This document shows, piece after piece, positions 11,350 through 25,987 of a stretch of DNA of 64,000 nucleotides (positions within the stretch are counted from its first letter, which is position 1; every line of letters starts with the position of its first letter). The stretch is from NCBI GenBank assembly GCA_009103225.1, contig RHPI01002491.1, forward strand, positions 1 to 64,000, written 5' to 3'. Position numbers and translations under genes: made by a program. A model generated the notes under the pieces. That model ran no database searches and was not told the origin of the DNA. It saw nothing but the letters and a program-made list of their open reading frames with translations. The stretch is from Chlorokybus atmophyticus. Taxonomy: Eukaryota; Plantae; Mesostigma and Chlorokybus algae.

Positions 11350-12290
11350 CACAGGCTGCCTGTCATAGGGACAATGCTCGTGTCACCAACCATGGTTGCG
11401 AACATGATTGCCGACCATAGCAGTTGGTCTGTTACAGAACTAGCGAAAGATGTCTTTCATACACTTGAAGCTAATGCTGCAGCGCACTCGCAACACCTGC
11501 CAATTGCATATGACAATCTACAGCGCCCAATCGGCTTACATGTTGTGCACGACGAGGACTCAAAAGTGCGGTCAAGCAAACGGCCTAAGAGAGTTCGGCG
11601 AACAACTGTAGACGGTTTATCAAGGTATTGTGAACAGGATGCAAGTTGCCACGTGCTTGCTATTAGTTCAAAAACTTGTCTACAATTGCTCACAGCTGTA
11701 AGCCTGTAGCCCACCAATGTCACTACCAACAACGCCTGCCAGGCAGGCGTAGGCTAGCTTTAAAGTCAGTGTAACGAGTCTTCCCATTCTAGCATCAAGA
11801 GTACTGAGGTTGAAAAAATACTGTTCTCATCACGGTCATCATCATCCTGACTGGGTGCAATTAGGTAGTTGTTGATTTGCAGACGCCCTGTCATAGGGCC
11901 AGTGCTCGTATGACCCCATAGTTGCAGGACGGCGTCTGGCGTTACTGACATTTAATCTACAATAAAAAAGCGAAAGATGTCTTTTTTACACTCAAAGGTA
12001 GTGCAGCAGCAACCAGCTCCAAACACCCGCAGACTGAACATCATTATTTGGAGCGCCCGATCGGCTTACAATCCTTTTGCCGACTTTCAGGAGAGCAGTT
12101 AAGCAGCCGGCTTGAGACAATTGGTCAGACACCCGTTATGCTGCATCGAGGTATTCCGGACAGGATGCAAGTTGACCCATAAGCTCTGCCACGTGCTTCT
12201 GTTGATTCTGAAGGTTGTCTACAACTGCTCACAATCGTACACATGTAGCCTCCCAGTGTCACGGCCAGCATCGCACTACCAGCCATATGC
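11350..12290. repeat. Diverged tandem duplication, period about 527 bp
   Basis: Paired blocks CCTGTCATAGGG, GCGAAAGATGTCTTT, GCGCCC(A/G)ATCGGCTTACA, ACAGGATGCAAGTTG and GTCTACAA(T/C)TGCTCACA recur about 527 bp apart. Confidence 0.75.
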
Positions 12291-12789
12291 ATCTCTGCGA
12301 GAGTCGAGATGTGCAGGCAATGTTCAGGTAGTTGCATGGCCATTTTGGCATAATGGCCATGTTGGCCGTCCACATAGCTCGACTAACACTCCTCCGCGTA
12401 TCGTTCTTGGGCACACGCGCAATGTCTTTGCTTGCAGTGATATGAACGTTTTCATTTGCCAAACCAATCCATGTTTGCAAAGTGCATCTCCGCAAAATGA
12501 GTTGCGCCAAGATAGCTACATCTCAGCAGGTAGCGACTTTGAGCTTACCAGAAACCGTGAGAAGTGCGATGATTTTAAGGCACAACACCTGTTGGATACG
12601 CCGCTGACCTGGCAGCAGCCGCCTAGCCGAAGCTCAGGTTCCATTGACCACGGGCGGAACGCCTCTGCAAACCAGAATCATTACAAGCTTGAAGCGATGT
12701 TGTCCCCTATGTGATGGACTCCACTAACTGCGCATCCGCTGCGCAGGAGAGATATTGATGATTTCGTGGCACACCTTGATTAAAGGACA

Positions 12790-13390
12790 ATACTTCCTGA
12801 TATCAATGACAAAGAGCAAATTGCGTTGTGCCAGCTGAACTGCATGTCTCCGACACAAACTTAGATGCATGAAGTGCTGATGTCTCCGTGCAAAGGTCTC
12901 CATCAACTGCGTATTCGCCGCGCATGAGGTTTGAAGACTTGATGCTACCACTTGATGAAGGGACAACAGTTGAGATTGACAACATCAAGCACAACACGCT
13001 GCACCAGCTGAACTGCACATTCCCGACGCAAGCTTACATGCCTGAAACGCTGCTGTCTCCTCCTTTGCAATGGTCTCCATCAGCCGCACCTTTGGTGCAC
13101 ATGAATCTTGAACATGACTTGGTGGCACCACTCGATGAAGGGACAATAGGTTTTGAGGTCGACAACATTAAGCACAATGCGCTGCGCCAGCTGAACTCAA
13201 TGTTCCCGACGCAAGCTTACATGCCTGAAGCGCTTCTGTCTCCAGTGCAATGGTCTCCATCCCCTGCGCATTCGCCGTGAGATCTGAAGTTGACCTGGCA
13301 CAAGTTGACCAACGGACGCACATGTCTGAGATTGACAACATCAAGCACAATGTGCTGCGTCAGTGGAACCGCATGTTCCCAACCAATGGT
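12790..13390 (+). repeat. 3-4 diverged units of about 180 bp encoding PLDEGT..EIDNIKHNxLxQLNxxFPTQAYMPExLLSP..QWSPS
   Basis: The repeat is visible in DNA and in ORFs 12888..13280 and 13250..13666; the first unit is degenerate. Confidence 0.85.
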
Positions 13391-14959
13391 GAAGACGCAG
13401 ACCACGTCCATCCTGATCTTGTGTGCGAGCTGATGCGCTCACCTGCCAAAAGCCAGGACAAGCACCTTTCCAAGCAATCGCACATGGATGAAGCACGTGA
13501 AGCGCCTGTCACTCTGCTCGGTTTAAAAACCCCGAGTCCCTCATGGAGCCGATTGCGTGCACATGACAGCTCAGCTCCGCCGGTGGAGCAGTCCAGTGAT
13601 GACGGAGAAGAGACACCAGCCCAGGGAATCCTATGTTGCCCAACAGCAGTCACCCTGCAGCGCTGAAGGACAACAACATCAACGAGTACGGAACGCACTT
13701 CACATCGCAGAGCGGGGAGGGGCCGGAGGGGAAGAGAGAGGGGGAGAGAGGGGGAGAGGAGGGAGGAGGGGAACTCCCCTCGAGCATCTCTGACTGCGCT
13801 GCATGTCACAACGGTTGCTGCTGTTGCCATTGCCGTGCTGCTGCAAAGCCTGAGCCCCACAAGTGCAGGTTATGACACCAACCATGATCCATGCATGACT
13901 GATTGACGGGGTGTAGCAGTAGCTATTGCAGTTAGTCTTTTTGAAGTAGTTGTAATTTAGAAAAGTAAAGATTAGTTGGGCCGGGAGGTTGAGTTGGTGA
14001 GTGCCCACAATGCATGCTATGTGTGGTGTACATGATATGCGTGATGCTGCGATGAAGTTGAGCATGCCATGTGCGGATTGACTTGCATGTGCAATATCCA
14101 CCTTGCATCTGTTTTACATCCCGGCATACACATCACCAACGCTATGCGCACCATGCATCACAGATACTGTCAGCAGTGCGGAGAGCTTGAAAAGCCAGCG
14201 TCTCTGCATGATGGTAACAGCGTAGGAGCTACTTATATTGCAGATGACGCATGGACCAGGTTACTGCCATCAATCACGGGATCAAGCTGTAGCATCCAAT
14301 GTTGAGGGCGCTGCCACGCTCCTCTCATCTTGCCTCAAACACCTCGCAGACACACACCTTGCATGCATGACATCCCCGTTGCATCTTGAGTACACCACTT
14401 TGTAGCATAGCAGACACCTTCATGCATACATTCATGCATAGACACCAACGTCACTGCACACTCTCAAAACGTGTAACACACCCCATGCTGCATGCTGACA
14501 GAATAGCACCTTTGATTTTGCGTACAGCAGCATACCCCTTTTGTACCCAAGCAGACGACCTACAGCTATACGTCACGAGCCACTCACCCGTTCAAACTCC
14601 TCTGTGCACATACATTATTGTCCGTTGATTCTACCCTCTGCTACTGCAGGCACTTGCACACATGCGCATGCACATAGCGTAACGGGATGTATAGCTAGTG
14701 TTTAGCTAAGCAGTGGTCAGCTGCACCCCTTGGCCAGATTTATATCGTCATGCTTGGCTACCCTACTTGTCTAGCCATCTGTTGAACTATGCATGTTCTA
14801 TGATACCATATGCATGCACCACACAACGTATACACCGGACATGCACATGCCAGCACGCTTGATGCATGCGCTGATGCAGATGTGCTTAGAGGCAGCCCAC
14901 ACGGGTAGATGGCGTTGCAGTTCTCGGCTGCAAGCGCGCAGCTTCAACAGAAAAACACA

Positions 14960-17553
14960 TTATTCAAGAAAAATCTGCACACGGTCCCCTTTATCATTGA
15001 TGTCTAGCAGCAGCTCTCCATCAGGACCGCTGGCCCTGCCCTGCTTCGCGTTTTCAAGCAATGCCCGCAGGTCAAGTCCACCAATGCCTGCACAGGACCA
15101 TACCACTTTTGGTAGGCAGTTGCAACAATGAATAGATTCATCTCTCTAAATACAAATCCGATACCAGCATACACTGCTTCCAACTCATGCCGCACTGACC
15201 TGGCAGCATGGGCACCAGCGAGTCCATAAAGCCGGCCTGAAACAGTACCTCACGTTAGGCAGAGAACCATCAAAATCCGTTTCTGTATGTGGATTCAAGG
15301 GGCATACCGGTACACGCATGTCCAACTTGACGGTGTTGTTATTGCTGATCTTCAACCGCAATGTACGCCCGCGAACGGTCTGCTGGCTCCCTGACGACTG
15401 CTGGCCACTCTGTCCAAGGTACGCTACCTGAAAAGCAACATCACAGGAGGTGAGCTATGGTAAGGTTGTCTTGAGCAGGAAGACAGCTTCTTACAATCGA
15501 CGCTTGCTACAACTGTGATATGAGCCGGTTGCAAGAGTGTTCAGTAGGATAGGTACAACATACCTCTGCAAGGGCAGCTTGTCGAATGCGTTCCGCCTCA
15601 ACAGACACTCTATCCGACACATCGGCCATGAAGTTATCCTCAGGAGGTATGGATGCCGCGGGCGTCACCACCTCTACAGGTATAGCGCCATTATTGACGG
15701 GAGCTTCTCTCGCTGGTGCCGAGCTTTCAACAGTGTCTGAGACGGGAGTGGCAGTGTCTGAGACGCCAGATGATGTGGCGTACCGTCGTTCTGTCTGGTA
15801 GTATGATGGGAAGCCCACCACCTCTTTGACATACTCGAATGACGGCAGCTGCAAAGAGTTGCTGTTAGTAGTGTTGGTGATAGAATTATCACCGTGCACA
15901 TCATCAAGCATCAGTCAGAACGTAGAACATATGAGTACACATGCACACCGCGGCTGGTGGTGACATGCGGCCGGACTTGATGGCGCCCAGAGCATCCTCC
16001 ATCGCGCGTATGGACACTGCCATCAAGGACAAAGGGTACGCCACCTGCACAGCAACAAGGCATGTCATAAACACAGCTGAAACAAGGCAGCCACCTGAGC
16101 CCCTCTACCCCACACTCACCAGCTTGTAGCCGATATCTTGCAGTTCTGTCGGTGGTAAAACGGGCGTTTTACCGCCTCCTTCCAACATGTTCGCCTGCAG
16201 GTAAGTACATGTATGTCAACACATGCAACAACGCAGTGTAACGGGTCAGAGTGTACAAACGTGCTCACCATAGCAGGCGTGTTCCCAGCAGCTTTGCACA
16301 AGGCTCGCATCTCTTCAGCAGTTTCCAGTGCGTCGATGAATACGATATCGGCACCAGCATCTGCGAAAGCACGCACCCGCCACAACCTGCGCACATGCCA
16401 CAACTACCATTGCCTACCTGCGCACTAATTCAGCTGGAACTGCCAAGCAATGCACGGCACTTACGCTTCATCCAAGCTGTCGGTTGAGCGGGCATCAGAC
16501 CGCGCAACAATGAGAATGTCTTGGCCTTCATCTCTTTCATCCACAGCCGCTCTGATCCTTGCTAAGGCTTCCTGCCATCCCCACATGCAAGTTGTGTACA
16601 TTGTGACCGCTTTGATTAGCCTGACTATATAAAAGCAAGTAGTCTTCCAGACCTGTCTGTCCACAACTTTCTTCCCTGGAGTGTGTCCGCAGCGTTTAGG
16701 CATAACTTGGTCTTCAATCAGAATGCCTGCAAAGCCTGCGCGCGCATATCCACGGACTGTCCTGCATGCAAAGCCCATTACACTCTTGCTTAGTTCGTGG
16801 AATGCATGGTAACTGCATGCCAGGGACACCACCTGCGCACGTTCACGGCATTGCCATAGCCATTGTCTCCATCACCGATGATCGGTATGCGAACAGCATC
16901 AACAATGTTGCGTCCCTGGTCAAGCATTTCTGAAAGCGCACACGCAGTAAGCTTGCACCGTGTCAACACTGCACCAAGCGGATGTGAATGAGTCCAACGG
17001 CGTAGCGCACTGCAGTTCAGTAAAGCACTTACCTCCATATGATATGAGGCCCGTATCTGGCACAGCCAAGCGAGTGCCGGCAACACAGAAACCTGCATGC
17101 AATCACATAGGTTTAAGCGTACAACACGTGTAAGTGCAAGACCTCACTCAACTCAAAAGCTGTACCACTCATGAACGCCAAGGGGAAACCAGCGCGTTCT
17201 ATCAGGCGGGCACTCAACGCATCATGGCAAGCTGGAGCCTGGAGTGCACGTAAGCGTTACAAAGCAGCCTTTCAAAACCACCGAAAGTCATCAAGCGACA
17301 GATGAGTTTTGTGTACCTGCAGCAAACCTGGTTCTGCCAGCAACCGCCGCAGCTCGCTTGCTACAGTGCTGCCTTTGGTTGAAGAGTTGCCCTGCTTTAT
17401 ATCTGCAGCAGCAGCCACTACTTGCCTTTTCACAGCTACTGACTGCCTCCGTTTTACCAACAGCTGGTTTGTGGAGCCATTGTTGTGCAGTGACCCGAGG
17501 TCTCTCTTGGACAGCAAGCATGAAACGGTGTTGTGAAGCAAAACGACCGCCAT
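14960..17553 (-). CDS. Isocitrate lyase/PEP-mutase family enzyme (plant carboxyvinyl-carboxyphosphonate phosphorylmutase / 2,3-dimethylmalate lyase-like), probably plastid-targeted, multi-exon
   Basis: APACHDALSARLIERAGF, DTGLISYGEM, DGDNGYGNAVNV, IEDQVMPKRCGH, ARSDAR, ANMLEGGGKTP; plant-type C-terminus RTLRLKI..KLDMRVPAGF..DKGDRVQIFLE*; transit-peptide-like N-terminus. Confidence 0.92.
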
Positions 17554-19373
17554 GGTCGCCCCCAAGCAGCTGATGGGGGGAAAGCACCAGAATGTGCCGC
17601 TCCTGCGTAGGCCAGCACACGACAATACACAGTTGACTTACCCTGCTGGCACACATGCTGTGCACAAGGCGCAGTTCATCTATTCTTAGGGCTGCTTAGG
17701 GCTCAAACACAAGGGAACCTAACAAAGCAAGTATACGTTATCAAGGAGGTGGCATGCTAACAGGACGTTTGAGCTGCACCAACAACATGCAGTTGAGTGA
17801 ACAACAAACAGGTCAAAGTGGCCAGCAAACTTCAGCTTGGTACAGCAAAAGTGAGGTTAGAGGAATGCTTATGCAGTTACTCCGCCCCACAACGGCACAA
17901 GGCTGGTATGGTACGACATAGCGGCAACACTGCAACTTCAACCAGCTCATAGCGCCCTCCACACCTTCAGGAAGCAGCCGTAGCCGAGGACCAGCGATGG
18001 GTCGCGGAGGCACCAATCGCTTTCAAACCGTGTGCATGCCGACTCAACGACTCACCGCCGTCGCCGCCGCCGCCGCCGCGGTCGCCAAGCACAATCAAAC
18101 GAGCAGGAGGTGTCATCCTTGGCCGGTGTTGTGACGTGTAGGGGGCAACTCAACCGAACTGGCGATGTCACGCACCCATGTATGACATGCATGCCACACC
18201 CATAAGGCATATGAACATGAATATGCAACCCGTGCAACAACATGCACCAACAGAGCAATACAATTGTGGTACGAGTGGTGGCGGCTGGCTGCATGTTGCT
18301 ATGTGCTTCACACCAAGCCACCGGCCTATCCTTCGGCCCTGTGCGCACAGGTCTGCTGTCTTGCTTGTCTTGTCTTGAGCGTTTGCCCCTCCCCTGCCCT
18401 GCCTTGCTGCTATCCACCCCGCTCCCTCGCCTCAAACGCGCACTCAGATAGTGCACATAGCATGGCAAAGCCCTTACCCGTGTAATTGAAGTGCCCTGGT
18501 GTGTTGATGAGAATGCTGTTGCTGGTGTGCATTGCGTGTGCTACCTGGTCTTGCATATTTGAAAAGCCTACGCATAATTGAAGTGCTGCTGTTGCCTGTC
18601 TTGTGGCTAGTTTGGTTGTTGTTTGTGGTGTTGCTTGTTGTGCATTTGGCTTACTTCTTTGCCCTATGACTTATACCTTATGCATGTACGCATTACCGTC
18701 TCTTGTACACAGCAGATAGTTGCAGCGATACAAGCCAATCACAAGCCAAGCAACAGCACATGCCAAGGTTTATGTTTAATACTGTCATAAAGGAAAACTA
18801 TCTGCAGAGGTGCAACGGTTGGGGATAGCAGCAACACGGTGCTGTTGGAGCAGAGTTTTGGAAGCCAGTGTGGAACATTAGCCAACACACAACTATGAGA
18901 TGCATGTAACACCGTGCATACACGTCATAGTAGCTTAGCCTTTATATACGCATGCTGTCCCTCCCTGCCTGCCTTGCCTGGCATTGTGACATAAGCAACT
19001 TAGAGTGGGCATGCTGCTCACTTGGGTACATTCGGCTGATAGCAAGTGATAAGATGTTGACACACATCTTCCATAACGTTCTCAATGGCAGGCCCAGCCG
19101 AAAATCGCTGTCATTGGGCTTGCACCATACATACAGTACGCAGCAGTGATATCCATCGCAAACAGCAATACGCAACAACCACATTGATGTCATCATCATG
19201 CGCGTATTACGCGCTCGACTACGTACATTATGTGCACATGCTTGACCATGGACACAAGACGTCTCTTGTAGTTCTGGTGTAAATCTGTAAAACCTCTCAG
19301 AAAGCCACTGCAAGTGCAACTCAGCTGTTGTGCATAGCTGTCAGTGTTGACCCAGTCGGGTTGTACTGCATGC

Positions 19374-22300
19374 TCACATGCCGCGATAATCCAAGATTGG
19401 CACGTCATCCGTTGCCATATCCAAGTCTACATACCTGCGTGGCAGCACAAAGAGCGAGCCGTCAGGCTTGTTAAGGGTGACATGCAGATTGAGCGATATG
19501 GACCAGCAGCAACAATACACAGGAACATTACATGGCTGCATGTGCCCAGCATGTACATCATAACAGGCTGAGCATACATTGCACAGATGGTTGCAATAAC
19601 ATCTCATCCACCATTTGCTTACTCGCGCATGCGCCGAGGTTCCCTTGGAGGTGGCATGACAACCTCACGCTCTCGGATTGGGGGCGGTGGGCCTCCTCGC
19701 CGTGGACCGCGGCCCCCACCATCAAACATAGGTCCCATAGGTGCCATAGGCCCCATTCCCATGGGGCCCATTCCCATAGGACCCATACCAGGCCCAAACG
19801 GTCCCATCGGTCTGGTGCACAAGTTGCACAATGAACAACCCAGCATGTAGTGCAAGATGCTGACAATAGACAAACTCAACACAATCTTGTGACTAGTGAC
19901 ATGCCAAGATGCAGGCACCACCATCCCAGGCAACCCCAGCATACACGCGTATACACCCAATTCCAATGCGATGTCGCATGCAGCATGCACGCATCTTTAC
20001 AAATAAGATATGCACTTCCTTCGTACCCTGCACCAGGCCCGGGGAAGAACATGGGGTGAGGAGGCATGCCGCGCATGCCCATTGGCATGCCGTGCATACC
20101 ATGAGGGCCCAGGGGCCTAGCCATACCCATGTCACCATACATCGGCCCTCCAGGGCGGTGCGGTGGCCCGGGTCCTAGTGGAATACCTGTCACCAATAGT
20201 TTAAACAGGATGAGAGACAAAGTAATACAACGCTAAGAATACAACACAAAACAATATCACTACATGAGCTTGCAGGTGGCGAATGATACAGCTAACAAAC
20301 AATTGATGACACTTGCAGACCTGGGCCATCGAAAGGAGGCCGATGTGGGAAGCCCATATGACCTCCTGGACCAAAATTCATGCCGTCGTCTGCCCTGTCC
20401 TGTCCACTGGGATAATCCATTCGGTCGCGTATTCTGGGAATGCGATCTGAAGCGCCTGCCCCCTGTTAGACCACATACTATGAGACAATGCCCAAGCCAC
20501 ACAAGCACCACTATGGGCATGTGCTGCAATTCCTAACCTGAGAGCTCCGAGCTGGTGCGCTCGAGTCATCATTGGGTATTGCATTTGGATCACTGCAATC
20601 CAGAAGAGCATCCCATCAGTGACAATGTCAACCGTGCTGGACATCATGACGCTGCTGGACACCGACTTGAGTTGAACACTGGTACAAATAAATGCGTCGC
20701 AATCATACGCTCATACCTGTAGAAGTTGTCTTCATACACTTCATCAAGCGTCTTATTGCGGGCATTCGCTAAATAGTCTAGATGCTTCAAGCGAACATGT
20801 TTCTTCACAAACTCTGGCCCATGGAACATCTGTACCAAGTAGGAGAATGTTGACTATGTTCACCAAACACAGAAAGCAGGCTGATGTGATGTACTAGACC
20901 AAGAAGGTAAAATGCGTACATCACAGGCTGAAAGCAGGCTAATCAGAACAATTACCTTTTTGCAGTCCGGAACACCACATCCAAACTTGCCATCAGACAC
21001 CTTCCTAACGCTACTTTCCAAAGCAGCAGTTTCGGCTGCTTCAATCTGTCATGGACGTGTGAAGTTCAAAACAAACTCCAACGTGTGGTACAATTACATT
21101 GCAGTCCCGTAACAGGCGTACAGGCAGCGCTAGCAGTGTCAAACACAAATTGAATGCGCGGCGGGGCGGCGTGTACCTTTGATCGACCTAGCATGGCTGA
21201 CATAGGGTCTGTCCCATTCAGCCGAACCTCCCATGCTGCATCTATCTGAAGACACAACAATTACGAAGGTACCCAAGTGTCAACCCAAATGCAGGCAGGC
21301 AGAAGACAGAGAGAGTAAATGTTGAGGCCTGAGGCCTGCAGCATCGCACAAGACTGTTTCAGAGCTGTTGATCAGCACATACCCGCTTTTGCAGCCTGCT
21401 GCGCTCCTCTGCTTCATCTTTGGTCGAGGAGTCGAGAGATATGTAACGACCAGTTCTGCGACGACTGCCTTCCGAGCCTTTCTCATATATCTGCCACACC
21501 ATCAGAAGTTGCAGCGCATTCGCTTTAAACCATCCAGCTGAACCACTGCAAGGTTTGCGCAACTTACCAGCCTTCCATAGTAATCAAGATGATGCACTCG
21601 CCACAAGTAGTAAAGCAAAACGTCAAGCTGTGCACTTTCGTCCGTCCCACTGACAGCATCACTGACACGCTGCAGCAGATCCTCATCCTTTGTCTCCTTG
21701 CTGCCATGCGCTGCTTGCAGATCAAACGCCAGAAGCAAAGGGTTGTCATCTATTCCTTTGTCTATATCCTGAAGGTGCACAGCTTACATCAGTCGCCGAT
21801 CACTGATCTCGCCAGCATGGAACTTAGGGTGCTGGCTTTGACTTACAAGCTTGACAGCCAGGTCGCCAGCCTGTCGTAGATCATGAGCAATGCGCGCAAT
21901 GTCTATCTCTTTACTTGATTCATTCATCTTGTCTTCATCAGAACCTCGTTTCTCCTCATCAGCACCATCTTTTGCATGCTTGCTCTTGGAGCCAGCATGC
22001 CCATTGGATGCAACCTGGCGCAGGTCTTTGGTTCTGCACTCACAACAATAGATGACAATGCTTCCTGTCGAGCGCAGCCAAAGTGACTCATGCAAATCGA
22101 CACACTTACACGTCAAGGGAGCCGGCAGAAAGTTGCTCAAAATACTGCTTGGCCCTCTCCTGGGCCTTTTCATTTCGTCTGCAGTCACACATATATAACT
22201 TGCACAACACACACAATGAGCTGTTCTGTCAACCCACTAGTTGCTTGCGCGTACCTTTGCAATGCAGCTTCTAAGTTGACTGGATGGTATTTCTCTTTCA

Positions 22301-23759
22301 ACCTGTAGAGTGCATCTTAGTACATGCTTGACCCAAGCGTACTTGTCATGCTGCGCAAAAAGCACAGTTTGACACACATGCTGACGTCTGTACCATTGCT
22401 TGTCTTTATGCGTTTCAAAATACGTTTTCTTCAGCGAGCGAGTCTGGTCTGCCTTGTACTCGTCATATCTGCCAATTATCAGCAGGGAGTATGAGATCAG
22501 CGATGTCAGGCATGCGTGCCGAACGCGCAACTTACGTGACAAGTGTCACTGTGCATGCTTCTTACTTGCGCTGTGCTTCTGCAGGAGTTACAGTATCATC
22601 AAGTGTAGCCATAAACTGCTTGTAAGTCATGACGCCACCCTGTGCATCCCTGTTGTGGAGGCTTGATTGAGGTAAATGCATGCAACAGAATATGCTGTCT
22701 GCCTCACCGCACGTCAACATGCTCACCCTCGGCCCATTTGCATTGGCATCACGCCATACATGGGAGGCATGTTTCCATATGGACCACCCCAGCCTGCAGG
22801 CCGCCGCAAATCAGGAATGCTGTACATGGCGTGCAATCTGCATCCATGCATGCACAATCGCACAAACCTGGGTGCATCATGCCCTCATCGCGTCTGTATC
22901 TGTCTGGTCTCCTGTACATACAGCACAAGCTCAGACTGCAGCGAATCCAGGCACAAACATGCCAGACCAGCACGAACACCAAACCGCTTCACCTCCATGG
23001 ACCTGTGGCATGGATGCACATCCTTGCAGGCGCCTCCGAGGCTAACTACTAATTAAGCCTGATGTAGTCCTGCCTAGTCCTGAGCTACAATGGCATGCTT
23101 CACGCCACAGCCACTAAGCCATGGCCGGTCTATTGCCTGCTGCGCAGTGTTCTGGCTTGCTCGTTCGACTTAATCTCAATGGTTTGGGCATAGCGTCATG
23201 GCACGACGCTCTCCTATTCTGAATGCCACTCAACTACATGTACGAATGTGCAAGCAGCTTTTCACAACAGCTCCCATACCCAGCCTGCGGGTCAATTGGT
23301 TGGCCATGTTGTAAATCCAACCAACCATCCGCCGACCAGTGGCAGAATGCTGGCAATGTAGCTTACCAGACACAAACAACAAAGCAACAGCTGCATGCAC
23401 ACATTATCACACCAAGCTGCCATTGCCCTCAATCCACATTGCGACCAATGTGCTGCTCACCGGCGGTAAGGAGGAGATTCACCGCGGCGGGGCCGTCGGC
23501 GGTCGGGAGAAGCATGCCGTCCTGCTCCTCTCGGTCTTTCTCGGGATCGTGAGCGTGAGCGTGCAGGCGACGATGAGGCGGACCTGGAGCGGCGGGACCT
23601 GCTGCTGTTGCCACCGGCGGCCCTGCGACCACCACCACCACCACCACCACCACCACCATTGCCCTCCTCACGCTCTTCGCCTCCCCGACCCCGCCTGCCT
23701 CCCTTTCTCCTCCGACTCGGCGACCCCGAACCCTCCGACCCGCTCCCTGACGCCGCCAT
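19374..23759 (-). CDS. SE: SERRATE / ARS2 RNA effector protein, multi-exon
   Basis: RS-rich N-terminus; YDEYKADQTRSLKKTYFETHKDKQW; LDVLLYYLWRVHHLDYY; Zn finger FHGPEFVKKHVRLKH; Gly/Pro/Met-rich tail; C-terminal YVDLDMATDDVPILDYRGM*. Confidence 0.92.
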
Positions 23760-23929
23760 GGCGCTCGCAGCCGCCACCACCGTCGCCTGACAGGCTTGTC
23801 AACGACTACGCCAAGCTCAGTGCTCTTCCCTGCACTGGAATGTAATGACTCGTTGGTGTTGCTGTAAGCAGGCTGCTGTGCACCCTCGCCGAGGTTGAGT
23901 CGAGCTGCTTGCTTTTGGTGGGAGGCGGC

Positions 23930-25362
23930 ATGAGGTATGAGGTGGTTGCGCTGGTGGCTGACACCCACGGCGTGCTGCTGCCCGCGACGGAGGCGGCGTG
24001 CCAGCTGGCCGACAGCCTTATCCTGCATGCAGGTGCGGGTGCATGCGCCTGCGGTTTGTGCCTGTGCGTTTCCACCGCCTGCACTACTTGCCAGGCACTT
24101 GCAAGTGCTGCAGCTTTGCATGTGTACTCCCCATAATGCGTTCAGCAACATGTTGCTGTTGTCACTGAGTCCAGCTTCTGCTGATGTGCTCAGGTGTTTT
24201 CACACACGTTGGGGTGGCTGCACTATTGAGTTGTTCCAGTCCGTCATTGTGACAACTGACCTATCTAGTGTACCAGTGATGCCTTTCTTCAGTTTGTGTG
24301 ACGCACAATGCATACAACAGGCGATGTAGGTGGTGGAGCTAAGAAAAATAGCAGGCGGTTGACTGCACAGCAACTGGTAGCACAGCTGACAACCACATCT
24401 AAGCATGTACTTGCTGTTCGCGGCAATGTCGATGTTTGCGCATGGACGTAAGTTGGATGTCAGTGCTGTTGGACGGCAACTGCACAACATGCAAGCAGCA
24501 GTACCGACGCCTCCTTCCCTCCTTCACCGTCATTGTGTTGCAGACAAGACCACCTCCCGGAGTCGCTCTCAGTCACGGTGCTTGGCAAGAAAATTTTGGT
24601 GACGTAAGTCTCCAGGAGTACCACTCAGGTCCATGGCAACAATCCATGCATGCCCGGTTGATATTGACGCTTGCATACTGCCTGCAACATGCTTTTACTG
24701 CATGCAACTGCCTGAGTGGTGTTACAGAATGCTTATCCACGTCGTGATATGTACAGTTGTTACGCAGGCATGTAGGAGGGTTTCCACCTAATGAGCCACC
24801 CGCTTTGGAGTCGCTCATATCGCAGGAGAAGCCTGACATTGTTGTGTTTGGCCATTCGCACCAGCCGCGTGTGGAAATTGTTGGCAGCCGCATCTACATC
24901 AACCGTGAGTGCAAACAGCGTTGACACTTGCCTGATGCAAGGCATATGCGTGAATGCAGTTCGATACACACCGATGTAGCGTGGATACGACAACAACCCG
25001 TACTGACCAGCATGTTATCAGCTGGAAGTGCAGGTCCAAAGCGCTTCAAGCTGCCCCAATGCATGGCGTTGCTGGTAGTATCGGCCGAAGATGTGAGCTC
25101 TGAGTGTGAAGTCAGCCCACCGTCACCAAGTCATCAAATCGAGACCAGCTCTTGCCATGCTACCGATACCCAGGAGGTGGCTGTTGTCTTAATCGACCTT
25201 GTCAATCCGTCAGCAAGGTTTATGCAAACGGTTGGGTGCGTTCCCAAGCACGTGATGGAGTTGTTTGTAAACAGATTTCACGAACAGACCTGGAAAGGTT
25301 CTGGCAAACGCAATTCACGTGATGATGATGCACAGGCTGAGAAGCGGTCAAAACAGCAGTAG
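23930..25362 (+). CDS. Calcineurin-like metallophosphoesterase, YfcE/MJ0936 type, multi-exon
   Basis: Ordered motifs ADTHG, HAGDVG, VRGNVD, FGHSHQP, INPGSAGPKRF. Confidence 0.88.
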
Positions 25363-25987
25363 CATGTCTACATGTGTATGCGTAGGGCAATGTAGATGCC
25401 AGTGTTTGTGGACTGTTTTTGATGTGTAGTGCAGTTTGACTGTGGTGCGCATCAACTGCTGGCAACTGCTGCATTTCACACTCTGCATCCTCACGCACAA
25501 AAGCCAACTTTCACTTCGCACAATAGGAACGCACAGGTACAGCAGCACCAATGGCTTGTGCCATCACCTAAGCGCTAAGTGCCCCAGGTGTTGTTGAAGC
25601 TGGAACATAGGAAAGCTACCAGGAGGTGGCATCCTGGATGTTATACACGGGCCAGAAAGGGTTGTGAGGCAGGGGTCCTTTGTTGGCAACGCCCACCGCC
25701 ATTACTGCAATGCACTGCCGCAGTTCACTTGAAATGGTCTATGTTGCAGAAGACACTTGATGCATGGCCAAGAATTCGGTTGCGTGCACATGACAGCCGC
25801 ACGTTCAATGTGTATGTCCTTGTGCTATGTCTTACTGCTCCCCTTGTTCTAGCATTGTCTTTCAAACACAATGCACTAGACTCCTCTTTTCCCCCGCCCC
25901 CGCACATTGACAGACAATTACAGACTACAACTACAATGCATCTGGCAACAATGGTTGCCACCCAGTACCTTGGCACAAACCTATTTG

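Noticed and set aside
17800-18560. Small gene between the PEPM gene and SERRATE
   Set aside because: GC-rich patches and splice-like sites exist, but no consistent frame, strand or recognisable motif could be built.
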